Shown in pieces: positions 34,108-42,579 of a stretch of DNA of 42,579 nt. The translations under genes and the position numbers were made by a program. How positions within the stretch are numbered: the stretch's first letter is position 1; each line of letters opens with the position of its first letter. Source of the stretch: Verrucomicrobiota bacterium (GTDB taxonomy: Bacteria > Verrucomicrobiota > Verrucomicrobiia > Limisphaerales > JADLHS01); NCBI GenBank assembly GCA_031423875.1, contig JANPGI010000034.1:1-42579 (forward strand). The letters run 5' to 3'. The notes below the pieces were generated by a model. The model saw nothing but the letters and a program-made list of their open reading frames with translations. It was not told the origin of the DNA and searched no databases.

Positions 34108-35208
34108 ATGATCTCGCTGGCATCCGCTGAACTGTTCCGGCTTCTCAGGCCGGAGGAGTTGGAGCGCGTCTCGTCAGCGGCGCAGGAGCGGGCGTTTTCA
34201 GTCGGACAAGAAATCTTCCGGGAAGGCGATCCTGGTGACGGACTCTATGTCGTGATGGAAGGGTTTGTGGAAATCTCCGGCGTGATCAATGACGCGCAAC
34301 GACAGATGCTCACACAGGTCGCGCCCGGAGGTGTGTTCGGTGAGATGTCCGTGATCGAACAACTGCCGCGCTCTGCCAGCGCCACTGCTTTGATGCCCAC
34401 GCGCGTGTTGTTTGTGTCGCGAGCCGAGATGCAGACATTGATCGAACGTTCACCCGCGCTCGCCGCTGCGTTGCTTCAACTCGTGAGCCATCGCCTCCGT
34501 GAGTTCAATCAACATTACCTCCGCGAAGTCGTGCAGGCGGAGCGACTCGCTGCCGTCGGGCGTTTCGCTCGCTCCATCGTTCACGATCTGAAGAATCCGA
34601 TGAACATCATCAGCCTCACCTCGGAGATGTTCGGCAAGGCGGATGCGCCGCTTCAGTTCCGCGCCAACGCCCAGGCGCGCATCCAAAAGCAGATCGTGCG
34701 CATCAACGATCTCATCACCGACATCCTACAATTTACGCAAGGTGATCAGGTCTTGGCCCGCGCGATGATCAACTACGCAAGATTCATCGAGCAGGTGGCT
34801 GCAGAGTTGAGGGCTGAGCTTGAATTGAAATCTGTATCGTTGATCATCGGCGATGCGCCGCCGGAAATCTTTTTGAGTCTCGATGCCAAACTCATGCGGC
34901 GAGTCATCGTGAACCTCGTCCACAACGCCGTGGATGTTTTGAGGGAAGGCGGCAACATCACCCTCAACTTCAGCGTGGAAACGGGTAAGGTGCAGACGGA
35001 CATCAAGGACAACGGACCCGGCATCGCGCCAGAGATCGCGAGTAAACTGTTTCAACCCTTCGCGACCCACGGCAAAGCTCATGGCTCAGGACTCGGGCTT
35101 TCCATCTGCAAGAAAATCATCGAAGACCACCGCGGCAATATCCGCGCGCAGAACGATCCCGCAGGTGGCGCGGTGTTCTCGTTCACTCTGCCGATGCCGG
35201 GGAAGTGA
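34108..35208 (+). CDS. Cyclic-nucleotide-binding domain fused to a histidine kinase (soluble, orphan).
   Basis: cNMP-binding IFREGDPGDGLYVVMEGFVEI ... FGEMSVIEQLPRSASA. H-box ARSIVHDLKNPM. N-box VNLVHNAVDV. G-boxes KDNGPGI and HGSGLGLSICK. Confidence 0.88.
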   Translation: MISLASAELFRLLRPEELERVSSAAQERAFSVGQEIFREGDPGDGLYVVMEGFVEISGVINDAQRQMLTQVAPGGVFGEMSVIEQLPRSASATALMPTRVLFVSRAEMQTLIERSPALAAALLQLVSHRLREFNQHYLREVVQAERLAAVGRFARSIVHDLKNPMNIISLTSEMFGKADAPLQFRANAQARIQKQIVRINDLITDILQFTQGDQVLARAMINYARFIEQVAAELRAELELKSVSLIIGDAPPEIFLSLDAKLMRRVIVNLVHNAVDVLREGGNITLNFSVETGKVQTDIKDNGPGIAPEIASKLFQPFATHGKAHGSGLGLSICKKIIEDHRGNIRAQNDPAGGAVFSFTLPMPGK

Positions 35209-35325
35209 GTCCGTGGCCAGGGGGTTTCGCGTCATTTCCGTGTTGGGTCGGTTTGCGCAGCCGCGCTACCCAAGATTCTGCTTCTTCGCGCTGGCAACTC
35301 TTGCCCGTCCATTGTTCAATCAGCC

Positions 35326-37029
35326 ATGCGCAACGTGCAGCGGAAACTCAGTGTGGCTCGCGGCGAATCGCCCGCCGAACTTCTCTTCAAGAACGCCCGC
35401 GTCGTCAACGTTCTCAGCGGCGAAATCCACCAGACCAATGTAGCGGTCGAGGATGGCCGTGTCGTCGGCTTCGGCGATTACAAGGCGCGCAAAGTCATCA
35501 ATCTGCGCGGTGCGTATCTCGCGCCGAGTTTGATTGATGGTCACTTCCATGTGGAAAGCTCAATGCTCACGGCGGGCGAATTCTCCCGCGCTGTCGTCCC
35601 ACACGGCACGGGCGCAGTGGTGATTGACCCACACGAATACGCCAACGTCCTCGGTCTTGATGGAATCCGTTACGTATTGGAGTCATCAAAAAATCTACCG
35701 GTGGATTTCTTCATCATGTTGCCTAGTTGTGTTCCTGCAACGCATCTCGAAACCGCAGGCGCGCGTCTCACAGCGGATGATTTGAAGTTGATGATCGGTG
35801 ACGAACGCATCGCTGGCGTGGCTGAGCTGATGAATTATCCCGGCGTGTTTCTCGGCATGGAAAGCGAGCTGGCCAAGATCGAAGCGGGCAAGGGCAAGTG
35901 CATTGACGGTCATGCGCCCGGTCTGCGCGGAAAAAATCTCAACGCCTACGCGCTGGCCGGTGTGCGCTCGGATCACGAATCGGTGGAGGTGGAGGAAGCT
36001 CGCGAGAAACTTCGCCTCGGTATGCACATCCTGTTGCGCGAGGGCAGCACGGAGCGGAATCTTTCGCACCTGCTCCCATTGATCAACGCACACAACTCGC
36101 AGAATTGTTCTTTCGCCACGGATGACAAGCTCGCTGGCGACCTCGTGAACGAGGGACACATTGACCACGCCGTGCGCGTGAGCATCAAAGGCGGCGTGCC
36201 GCCCATCGCGGCGTTGCAGATCGCCACGATCAACACGGCGCGGCATTACCGGCTGAAAAATATCGGCGCCATCGCGCCGCGTTTCTGGGCGGACTTCATC
36301 GTGTTCGACGATTTGAAAAAGTTTCGCGTGCGGCAGACCTACAAGAAGGGCGTGCTTGTGGCTGAGGACGGAGAGTATTTGGCGAAGAATCCAGTGCGCG
36401 TGCCGTTGCCTCGCAGCACAATGAACATGAAGTTTAAGCCGCGCGACTTCGACGTGAAGGCTCGCAGCGGAAAGATTCGCGTGATCGAAATCATTCCCAA
36501 TCAGATCGTGACGCGGCAACAGATCGAAACGCCGCGCGTGGAGAATGGCTTGGTCGTCTCTGATACGAAGCGCGACATTCTCAAGATGGTTGTCATCGAA
36601 CGTCATCAAGCGACGGGCAACGTGGGTGTGGGATTTGTGCGCGGGTTTAAGTTGAAGCGCGGCGCGCTCGGTTCAACCGTGGCGCACGACGCACACAATG
36701 TCGTGGTGGTCGGCACGAACGACGCCGACATCCTGCGAGTGATCCGCGAACTGGAAAAACTTCAAGGCGGTCAGGTGGCAGTGGTGGATGGAAAGGTGAC
36801 TGCGGCGCTTGCATTGCCTGTGGCGGGATTGGTTTCAGACAGGCCGCTTGCTGAGGTGATGCGGCGCATTGACGGATTAAATTCCGCAGCGCACGCGATG
36901 GGTTGCGATCTGGAAGCGCCGTTCATGACGTTGTCTTTCCTGAGTCTTTCGCCGATTCCGGCGTTGAAGCTGACGGATCAGGGATTGATTGATGCGACGA
37001 AGTTGCGGAAGACGAGCTTGTTTGTTTGA
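35326..37029 (+). CDS. ade: Adenine deaminase (amidohydrolase superfamily).
   Basis: LLFKNARVVNVLSGEIHQTNVAVEDGRVVGFG, metal-binding LIDGHFHVESSML, IDGHAPGL, SDHES. Adenine-deaminase-like along the full 567 aa. Confidence 0.9.
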   Translation: MRNVQRKLSVARGESPAELLFKNARVVNVLSGEIHQTNVAVEDGRVVGFGDYKARKVINLRGAYLAPSLIDGHFHVESSMLTAGEFSRAVVPHGTGAVVIDPHEYANVLGLDGIRYVLESSKNLPVDFFIMLPSCVPATHLETAGARLTADDLKLMIGDERIAGVAELMNYPGVFLGMESELAKIEAGKGKCIDGHAPGLRGKNLNAYALAGVRSDHESVEVEEAREKLRLGMHILLREGSTERNLSHLLPLINAHNSQNCSFATDDKLAGDLVNEGHIDHAVRVSIKGGVPPIAALQIATINTARHYRLKNIGAIAPRFWADFIVFDDLKKFRVRQTYKKGVLVAEDGEYLAKNPVRVPLPRSTMNMKFKPRDFDVKARSGKIRVIEIIPNQIVTRQQIETPRVENGLVVSDTKRDILKMVVIERHQATGNVGVGFVRGFKLKRGALGSTVAHDAHNVVVVGTNDADILRVIRELEKLQGGQVAVVDGKVTAALALPVAGLVSDRPLAEVMRRIDGLNSAAHAMGCDLEAPFMTLSFLSLSPIPALKLTDQGLIDATKLRKTSLFV

Positions 37030-37042
37030 TGCGGAGTGCGCC

Positions 37043-37243
37043 CTACTTCTTCCCGGAATAAAGCTGGAACACGCCCGCCACGCATAGAGCCGCGCCACCT
37101 ACATACATCCATGTCGTCTTGTTGTCTGTTGAGCTTGTGACGATGCGGTGAAGCTGGCCTTTGAGCGACTCCGCTTTTTGATAACCGAAGACGAGCATCA
37201 ACACGCCCGCCACCAACAACGCTATTCCGATCAATGTTCGCAT
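37043..37243 (-). CDS. DUF3185 family small membrane protein.
   Basis: A 66-aa protein with two TM helices. IGIALLVAGVLMLVFGY ... WMYVGGAALCVAGVFQLY matches the DUF3185 pattern. A GAGGAGG Shine-Dalgarno sequence lies 6 nt upstream. Confidence 0.75.
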   Translation of the reverse strand: MRTLIGIALLVAGVLMLVFGYQKAESLKGQLHRIVTSSTDNKTTWMYVGGAALCVAGVFQLYSGKK

Positions 37244-37246
37244 GGT

Positions 37247-37405
37247 TCAATCCTCCTCTGGTTTTTCGCGCCCGAACTCCGGGCAGCACGAGCATTTCGT
37301 GCCGTAACAGTCGGTACAGATTTTTTGGCCGCCGAAATTCATGGCGCCAAACCGCCCGCACTCATCGCACGTCAGGCTTTCGTCGGATTTGATCTCAGAA
37401 GTCAT
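37247..37405 (-). CDS. Small Cys-rich (zinc-ribbon-like) protein of 52 aa. It is absent from the ORF track because of its size.
   Basis: Hand translation gives MTSEIKSDESLTCDECGRFGAMNFGGQKICTDCYGTKCSCCPEFGREKPEED. CxxC occurs twice, plus CxCC. It sits 8 nt after the lysE stop and 3 nt before the DUF3185 start. Confidence 0.55.
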   Translation of the reverse strand: MTSEIKSDESLTCDECGRFGAMNFGGQKICTDCYGTKCSCCPEFGREKPEED

Positions 37406-37413
37406 GACGCAAC

Positions 37414-38094
37414 TCACATTTTGTGTTTAGCCAGCTTCCACGCGATGTAGCCCCCTTGGATCATCGCCAGCACGATCAACCCAACTCCAGACAAGCGCTC
37501 CATCTTGACCATTGTTTTCTCCGTGAATTTTTTGTGCCCGAGCGAAATCGCCCAACTCAATCCGGTGAACCACAGTCCCACGCTCACCGTCACACCCGCC
37601 AGGCAGGCGAGTTTACCCTCGCGTGTCGGTTCAACCCAACCGCGCGAGATGAAGTTCGCTCCAAGGATAATCCAGCCCAACAACACGCCGGGATTTGCCA
37701 GCGTGCGGACAAAGCCGATCATGAAAGCCGAGTGAGGATGCAACTTTTCTTCGATCCGCTCCTCGATCTTGAGTTCCAACTTTTCAACAAGCGGCACGGA
37801 TTTGGCCAGTAGAAAGCGGACGCCAAGAAACATCATGAACGCAAAGCTGAACACTTCCATGACAGATTTGATCCAACCCTTCTCGAAGAATGCCGCGAAG
37901 CCGGTGAACGCCACCGCGCAATAAATGACCTCCATCGCCGTGGCGCCAAGGCCGATGAGTGCTGCGCACCTGAACCCCCGGCGTGCGCCTTCGTTGAGTA
38001 TTGTGATGTTGACCGGACCGACAGGGATGCAAAGTATCAGGCCGCTGAGAAACCCCGTCAGCGCAGCGATAAAAATAGGCGGCAGATCGAGCAT
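37414..38094 (-). CDS. LysE/RhtB family amino-acid efflux protein.
   Basis: FIAALTGFLSGLILCIPVGPVNITIL is the typical family N terminus. There are about 6 TM helices in 226 aa. Confidence 0.8.
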   Translation of the reverse strand: MLDLPPIFIAALTGFLSGLILCIPVGPVNITILNEGARRGFRCAALIGLGATAMEVIYCAVAFTGFAAFFEKGWIKSVMEVFSFAFMMFLGVRFLLAKSVPLVEKLELKIEERIEEKLHPHSAFMIGFVRTLANPGVLLGWIILGANFISRGWVEPTREGKLACLAGVTVSVGLWFTGLSWAISLGHKKFTEKTMVKMERLSGVGLIVLAMIQGGYIAWKLAKHKM

Positions 38095-38100
38095 GAGACT

Positions 38101-38970
38101 TCAATCCACGCGCTTGGGCGTGTCCTCTTCATCAACCTCCTCGATCTCATGGCGCATCTTACGGGAGATGTAGGGACGCACAAAGCCATAGACCAGATAC
38201 GCCGTGAAGAACAGCGGCAGCACGTAGATCAAAACTTTTTCCCGCAACACCAGCACTCCACCCAGTAATGCCGCGCCCAAGAACGCCTTCGTGAACGTGC
38301 TCGTAGATCGAAAACCCAGCGTCTTGAAGCTGGGATAGCGCACCGTGCTCACCATCATGGCCGAGAGAAACACCAGCACGATGGCGGGCACGTATTTCCA
38401 GTTGCCGAGGCTGCGGTCCTTCTCGTTCAGATGAATGATCAGCATCGTCACCGAACCGACCAACCCCGCTGCTGACGGGATCGGGAAGCCGAGGAAATCC
38501 TTACTCGAACCGCCGCCAGGCATCGTGGCCAGACAGTTGAAACGCGCGAGCCGGAACGCACCGCACAAAAGATACATCGAAGCGATGAACCAGCCGACCT
38601 GCGGATGATCCTTGAACACATCTCCCAACACCACTCGATGCACGAGGAACGCTGGCGCCACACCAAACGAAACCAAGTCTGCCAGTGAATCGAACTCGCG
38701 GCCGAACGGACTCTCCACTCCAGCCATCCGCGCCACGCGACCATCGAAGAGATCGAACACACACGCTGCCAGGATGAAGGCGAGCGCGAGCTTGATGTCA
38801 GTGAAGTCGCCTGAACCCAGATTGGCTTCGACAATTTTTGTCAGCGCCACAAAGCCACAAAAAAGATTTCCTGCCGTCAACAAGTTCGGCAGGAAATAGA
38901 TTTTTAATTTTGGTTCGTCGGCGGGTGGGATGATCAAATTTTCAGGCATAGAATTGGGAATATTCCACAT
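38101..38970 (-). CDS. pssA: CDP-diacylglycerol--serine O-phosphatidyltransferase.
   Basis: CDP-alcohol phosphatidyltransferase motif DLFDGRVARMAGVESPFGREFDSLADLVSFG. It is multi-TM and downstream of psd. An alternative ATG is at 38949. Confidence 0.88.
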   Translation of the reverse strand: MWNIPNSMPENLIIPPADEPKLKIYFLPNLLTAGNLFCGFVALTKIVEANLGSGDFTDIKLALAFILAACVFDLFDGRVARMAGVESPFGREFDSLADLVSFGVAPAFLVHRVVLGDVFKDHPQVGWFIASMYLLCGAFRLARFNCLATMPGGGSSKDFLGFPIPSAAGLVGSVTMLIIHLNEKDRSLGNWKYVPAIVLVFLSAMMVSTVRYPSFKTLGFRSTSTFTKAFLGAALLGGVLVLREKVLIYVLPLFFTAYLVYGFVRPYISRKMRHEIEEVDEEDTPKRVD

Positions 38971-39060
38971 TCAACAACCAAGGTCCGACATCCAATGAAG
39001 GGCATGACGCACGAAAACATCGGGCGTTCGATGTCGGATGTTGGATGTTCTGTTCATCAT

Positions 39061-39747
39061 TTAAGCAAGCGTTGCCAGAATGCTCTCTCCGCCCACCATC
39101 TTGTCGCCCAGCTTCACCTTGATTGTCGCACTCATCGGCAGATAGATATTCCCGCGCGAACCGAACTGCACCAGGCTGATGCGCTCACCCACCACCACTT
39201 TTTCCCCGGCGGCGGCCCAGACGTTGATGCGTCGCGCGATCAATCCCGCGATGAGACGTACGCCGAGTTTTTGTTCCGGCGCTTCCTCCGGGATGAAGCC
39301 GATCAGCACATTCTCGTTGAACTCCGCACAATCACTTCGCGTCGCACTCAGATATTGGCCATCGCGATGTTTGTGGAAAACCATCTGCCCGGTCAGCGGT
39401 GCTTTCTGGACGTGAACATCGAAGACATTCAGGAAGATCGAGATGCGGCGACACTTGCCGCCCATGAATTCCAGTTCCTCCGTCTCATCAATCAGGTCCA
39501 CCGTGCCGTGTGCGGGCGCGAGCACGAGTTTTTTGCCGGATGGAACGGTCGCATCCGGGTCGCGGAAAAAGTTGAACGTGAAGATGGCGAACAACACCCA
39601 CAGCACGCCAAGCACGCCGCTCAATCCGAGGATGAATCCGCCGAACTTGTGAGCCAGAAACCCCACCAGCAACACCAGCAACACCGCACCCAACGAGAAG
39701 AAGATTATTTTTAACGCCGCAGCTTGTGCTTTACCCGCATGTTTCAT
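39061..39747 (-). CDS. psd: Phosphatidylserine decarboxylase proenzyme (short form).
   Basis: N-terminal TM helices, FFRDPDATVP, ISIFLNVFDVHVQKAP, and the self-cleavage context LVQFGSRG. Confidence 0.88.
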   Translation of the reverse strand: MKHAGKAQAAALKIIFFSLGAVLLVLLVGFLAHKFGGFILGLSGVLGVLWVLFAIFTFNFFRDPDATVPSGKKLVLAPAHGTVDLIDETEELEFMGGKCRRISIFLNVFDVHVQKAPLTGQMVFHKHRDGQYLSATRSDCAEFNENVLIGFIPEEAPEQKLGVRLIAGLIARRINVWAAAGEKVVVGERISLVQFGSRGNIYLPMSATIKVKLGDKMVGGESILATLA

Positions 39748-39821
39748 GCGGCCAAGGTAGGGACGGCTCGCGCGCGTTCAAAGAACAAAATCCGAGGACA
39801 CGAAATCCATGCAGCAGATTT

Positions 39822-39962
39822 TTAACGCAAAGGCGCAAAGGTGCTAAGACGCGAAGAAAACTACCAAAGCCACACACAAATAGTGCGCCGCCGCTTGGTG
39901 TGGGCGCGTTGCTCGCGTCAACGCCAATTTTTCGGTGTTCCAGCTTTGCGCCTTTGCGTTGA
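39822..39962. repeat. MITE/REP-like element bounded by 19-nt inverted repeats, in the psd / zincin divergent region.
   Basis: TTAACGCAAAGGCGCAAAG (39822-39840) is compared with the reverse complement of CTTTGCGCCTTTGCGTTGA (39944-39962), which is TCAACGCAAAGGCGCAAAG. That is 18 of 19 identical. The interior also shows partial self-complementarity. Confidence 0.7.
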
Positions 39963-39979
39963 ATCCCAACCGTATAGTT

Positions 39980-40357
39980 ATGCCCTCACACTGGGAACAT
40001 CTTGAAAAACTCGCTCTCGCCGAAGTGGAAGCCACGTTGGCGGACTTGCCCGCGCCTCTGCGCGAACGCGCCGCTCGCCTGCCCGTCACCTTCGAGCCGA
40101 AGCCGAACGCGGGGCTTGTCGCCGAAGGTATCGCCGAGGATTCACTCGGGCTGTTCACTGGCCCGGCGTTTGGCGAGGAAGACAACTGCGCGTCGCCGTT
40201 GCCGCCGCAGATCATCTTGTATCTGGAAAATCTCTGGGACTTCACCGAAGGCAACGACGAGGTTTATTTGGAAGAAGTCCACACCACTTACCTTCACGAA
40301 CTCGGCCACTACCTTGGCTTGGATGAGGAGGATCTTTCCGAGCGCGGTTTGGAGTGA
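39980..40357 (+). CDS. Zincin_1-type (DUF1025-like) putative metallopeptidase.
   Basis: The C-terminal HELGHYLGLDEEDL is an HExxH motif in the characteristic context. The protein is small and acidic. ATG at 39980 is chosen; the track GTG at 39935 lies inside the repeat. Confidence 0.75.
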   Translation: MPSHWEHLEKLALAEVEATLADLPAPLRERAARLPVTFEPKPNAGLVAEGIAEDSLGLFTGPAFGEEDNCASPLPPQIILYLENLWDFTEGNDEVYLEEVHTTYLHELGHYLGLDEEDLSERGLE

Positions 40358-40372
40358 GCGGCTGATAATCCC

Positions 40373-41860
40373 TTGACCATCCTCCTCCAAACTTTCACTT
40401 TGCCCGGCGTGTTCCTGAAAATAATATCTGCCTGCCTCGCGTTTCTGGTCGCGGGGACTTGTCTCGCCATCGAACCCGAACGCTCGGTCATCCAAATCCA
40501 GACCTATCGCCAGTCACCCGATTGGACTGCGCCGTGGCGGTTCGATGCTGTGCAGCGCTCCGGCGGCTCAGGCTTCGTCATCCGGGGCAAGCGCATCATG
40601 ACCAACGCGCATGTCGTCAGTTGGGCGCGGCAGATCATCGTGCGGAAATATCAGGACGCGAAACCCTACGTGGCCCAGGTGGAATTCGTGGGACATGATT
40701 GCGATCTCGCAATCCTCACCGTCGAAGATGAAACTTTTTTTGACGGGTTACCTGCGCTTGAGTTTGGCGAGCTGCCACCCGTGCGTTCCACGGTCATCAC
40801 GTATGGTTACCCCGCTGGTGGAGAGGAAATTTCCTACACGCGCGGTGTCGTGTCTCGCATTGAACTCAGCCCCTACTCGCATATCGGCAACCGCCGCTTG
40901 CTCTCGGTGCAAACGGACGCTGCGATCAATCCCGGCAACAGCGGCGGGCCTGTGGTGCAAGATGACCGCGTGGTGGGTGTGGCGTTTCAGGGTATTCAGG
41001 CGCTGGAAGGCGCGGGTTTTTTCATCCCGCCTCCCGTGATCCAGCGTTTCCTCAAGGACATCGAGGATAAACGCTACGATGGCGTGCCGCTCGCCGGTGC
41101 AGGCATCACGACATTGCAAAATCCTGCTTATCGTGCGCGGTTGAAATTGCCGGATAACAATCTCGGCGCGCGGGTGGATCGCATCCGCTCGAAGACCAGC
41201 ACGAATAATGTCCTGCGTGCGGATGATGTGATCTTGAAGATCGGCGACTTTCCCGTGGCGAGCGATGCTACGATCTTGTTCCAAGGCAATCGCGTGTTCT
41301 GCGCGATGGGTTTTCAACTCGGCCAAAGCAGCGACAGCGTCCCGGTGCAACTCTGGCGCGACGGCAAGTTGCTGGATGTGAAGTTGACCGTGGAGGCGGC
41401 AGTGGATGATCAGCGCGAGGGCAATCAATTCGATGTGAAGCCGCGCTATTTTGTTTTCGGCGGGCTGGTGTTCACGCCGTTGTCGCTCGATTATCTGCGC
41501 GACGCTGGCCGTGAAGGTTCAGAAGCGAACGCAGGCGAACTCAATTACGAACTGTTCTTCCGCAACCGTGAAGAACCAGAACTCGCCCGCGAAGAACCCG
41601 TCGTCCTGAGCAGCGTCCTCACGGATGGGGTCAACGCCAACTTCAGCACACGGGGACGGGTGCTGGTGGATCGCATCAACGGTATCCGTATTGAGAAAGT
41701 TGCCGACGTGATCCGCGCGTTCACCACCAGCACGAACGCTTACGACGTGATCGAATTAGGAAAGCGCGGTGCCTTTGAGACCCTCAATCACGCGGAGGCC
41801 GTCCGCGCCAATGACAAAATCCTCAACACCTACGGCGTTCCCAAGGATCGGCATCTATGA
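40373..41860 (+). CDS. Secreted trypsin-like serine protease (S1C, Deg/HtrA-like, Deg9/Nma111-type architecture with a C-terminal PDZ-like region).
   Basis: Catalytic contexts IMTNAHVV (His), CDLAILTV (Asp) and NPGNSGGPVV (Ser), then FFIPPPVIQRFLKDIE. The start is uncertain (TTG 40373 or GTG 40409). Confidence 0.85.
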   Translation: MTILLQTFTLPGVFLKIISACLAFLVAGTCLAIEPERSVIQIQTYRQSPDWTAPWRFDAVQRSGGSGFVIRGKRIMTNAHVVSWARQIIVRKYQDAKPYVAQVEFVGHDCDLAILTVEDETFFDGLPALEFGELPPVRSTVITYGYPAGGEEISYTRGVVSRIELSPYSHIGNRRLLSVQTDAAINPGNSGGPVVQDDRVVGVAFQGIQALEGAGFFIPPPVIQRFLKDIEDKRYDGVPLAGAGITTLQNPAYRARLKLPDNNLGARVDRIRSKTSTNNVLRADDVILKIGDFPVASDATILFQGNRVFCAMGFQLGQSSDSVPVQLWRDGKLLDVKLTVEAAVDDQREGNQFDVKPRYFVFGGLVFTPLSLDYLRDAGREGSEANAGELNYELFFRNREEPELAREEPVVLSSVLTDGVNANFSTRGRVLVDRINGIRIEKVADVIRAFTTSTNAYDVIELGKRGAFETLNHAEAVRANDKILNTYGVPKDRHL

Positions 41861-42579
41861 AAAACTGTTTCCTCCTCACCTTGCTGGTGTTGGGCGCGCC
41901 CCTGTCAGCATTGGCTGAATCCACTCCCCCTGCAGTCGCGTCTGCTTGGGAAAAATCCATCGTGCGTATCGAAGTCGCACGCAAAGCTTACGATTATTAC
42001 CAGCCATGGAATCGCCGTAACGAGCGCGCTGCGAAGACCGGCCTCGTCGTCGGCGAACGCCAGATCCTTGCCACGGCTCAAGACTTATCCGACCAGACAC
42101 TCGTGCGCGTTCAGAAGAATGGACGCGGTAAATGGACGACAGCCAGCGTTGTGTGGATTGATTATCACGCCAACCTCGCGATGCTCACGACCGAGGACGT
42201 GGCGTTCTGGAGTGAACTTCGCCCCGCCAATCTGAGCGGCAAACCACCCGGCGAAGGCGCGCCGCTGCAAATCGTCCGGTGGCGCGAAGGTAAATTGGAA
42301 AACCGCCAGGCCGAATTCACGCAATTCACCGTGCGCGAGAGCGAGGGCAGCGCCATCAACCATGTGCAGATGGAACTGGACTCAGAGATCCGTGACGCCG
42401 GGGGAGGCGAGCCGGTCATCACGGATTCGCGCATCGCGGGCATCACCTCCTCTCAACGCGGACGCGCGTGTCGGGCCATTCCCGCCTCATTCATCCGCTC
42501 TGTGCTGGAAGCGCATAACTCCGGCAACCGGCGTGGCCTCGGCTATTTTCATTTCTATTGGCAACCGGCGGAAAATCCC
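41857..42579 (+). CDS. Paralogous Deg-like protein with all three catalytic residues substituted (predicted pseudoprotease). The 3' end lies outside the window.
   Basis: The ATG overlaps the upstream TGA (ATGA). Signal peptide MKNCFLLTLLVLGAPLSALA. The protein aligns by eye to the upstream protease, but with ILATAQDL (His to Gln), ANLAMLT (Asp to Asn) and DAGGGEPVI (Ser to Glu). The ORF is open to the window end, so it is missing from the track. Confidence 0.75.
   Translation, partial: MKNCFLLTLLVLGAPLSALAESTPPAVASAWEKSIVRIEVARKAYDYYQPWNRRNERAAKTGLVVGERQILATAQDLSDQTLVRVQKNGRGKWTTASVVWIDYHANLAMLTTEDVAFWSELRPANLSGKPPGEGAPLQIVRWREGKLENRQAEFTQFTVRESEGSAINHVQMELDSEIRDAGGGEPVITDSRIAGITSSQRGRACRAIPASFIRSVLEAHNSGNRRGLGYFHFYWQPAENP

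Noticed and set aside
35209-35325. Possible purine riboswitch upstream of adenine deaminase.
   Set aside because: No three-way-junction pattern or conserved loop sequences are recognisable. The region is GC-rich and has no matching helices.

Overview
This is a 42.6-kb, gene-dense, moderately GC-rich chromosomal window with about 38 protein-coding genes and one tRNA (tRNA-Tyr, anticodon GUA). I found no rRNA, CRISPR array, transposase, integrase or recognisable defence gene. Gene content, in order: an interrupted NAD-dependent DNA ligase locus plus an orphan LigA C-terminal paralog; a GlgE-like GH13 enzyme; a TPR / DUF4331 / HupE-UreJ block; a SagB/nitroreductase-like protein; a PEP-CTERM DUF4394 protein; an ECF sigma with a cupin anti-sigma and a FadL-like porin; two orphan histidine kinases; a Wzc/Wza-type polysaccharide export locus with a coupled FHA protein; purH; a PQQ-type beta-propeller; priA; a radical SAM enzyme; argD-argF; a YHYH protein; deoC; adenine deaminase; a psd-pssA-lysE operon; and a zincin plus Deg-like protease cluster that runs off the 3' edge. 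The PEP-CTERM tail, the gene content and the repeat types suggest a Verrucomicrobiota/PVC-type organism, but that is inference only. The most distinctive signal is several families of short nested palindromic (REP/MITE-like) elements. They sit in intergenic regions and also lie in frame inside replication genes: the ligA Zn-finger loop, the ligA-paralog Zn-finger loop, and priA just before Walker A. The ligA copy carries the single in-frame TAA that splits this normally essential gene. Other points worth follow-up: an orphan LigA Zn-finger/HhH protein; a radical SAM enzyme whose SPASM-like Cys cluster is N-terminal to the core; an overlapping pair of Deg-like proteases in which the second has all three catalytic residues replaced; a tail-anchored FHA protein coupled to Wza; and an unannotated 52-aa Cys-rich ORF. 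The ORF track uses ATG/GTG/TTG starts, and several of its N-terminal extensions run into repeats, so I moved those starts inward where the sequence supports it.
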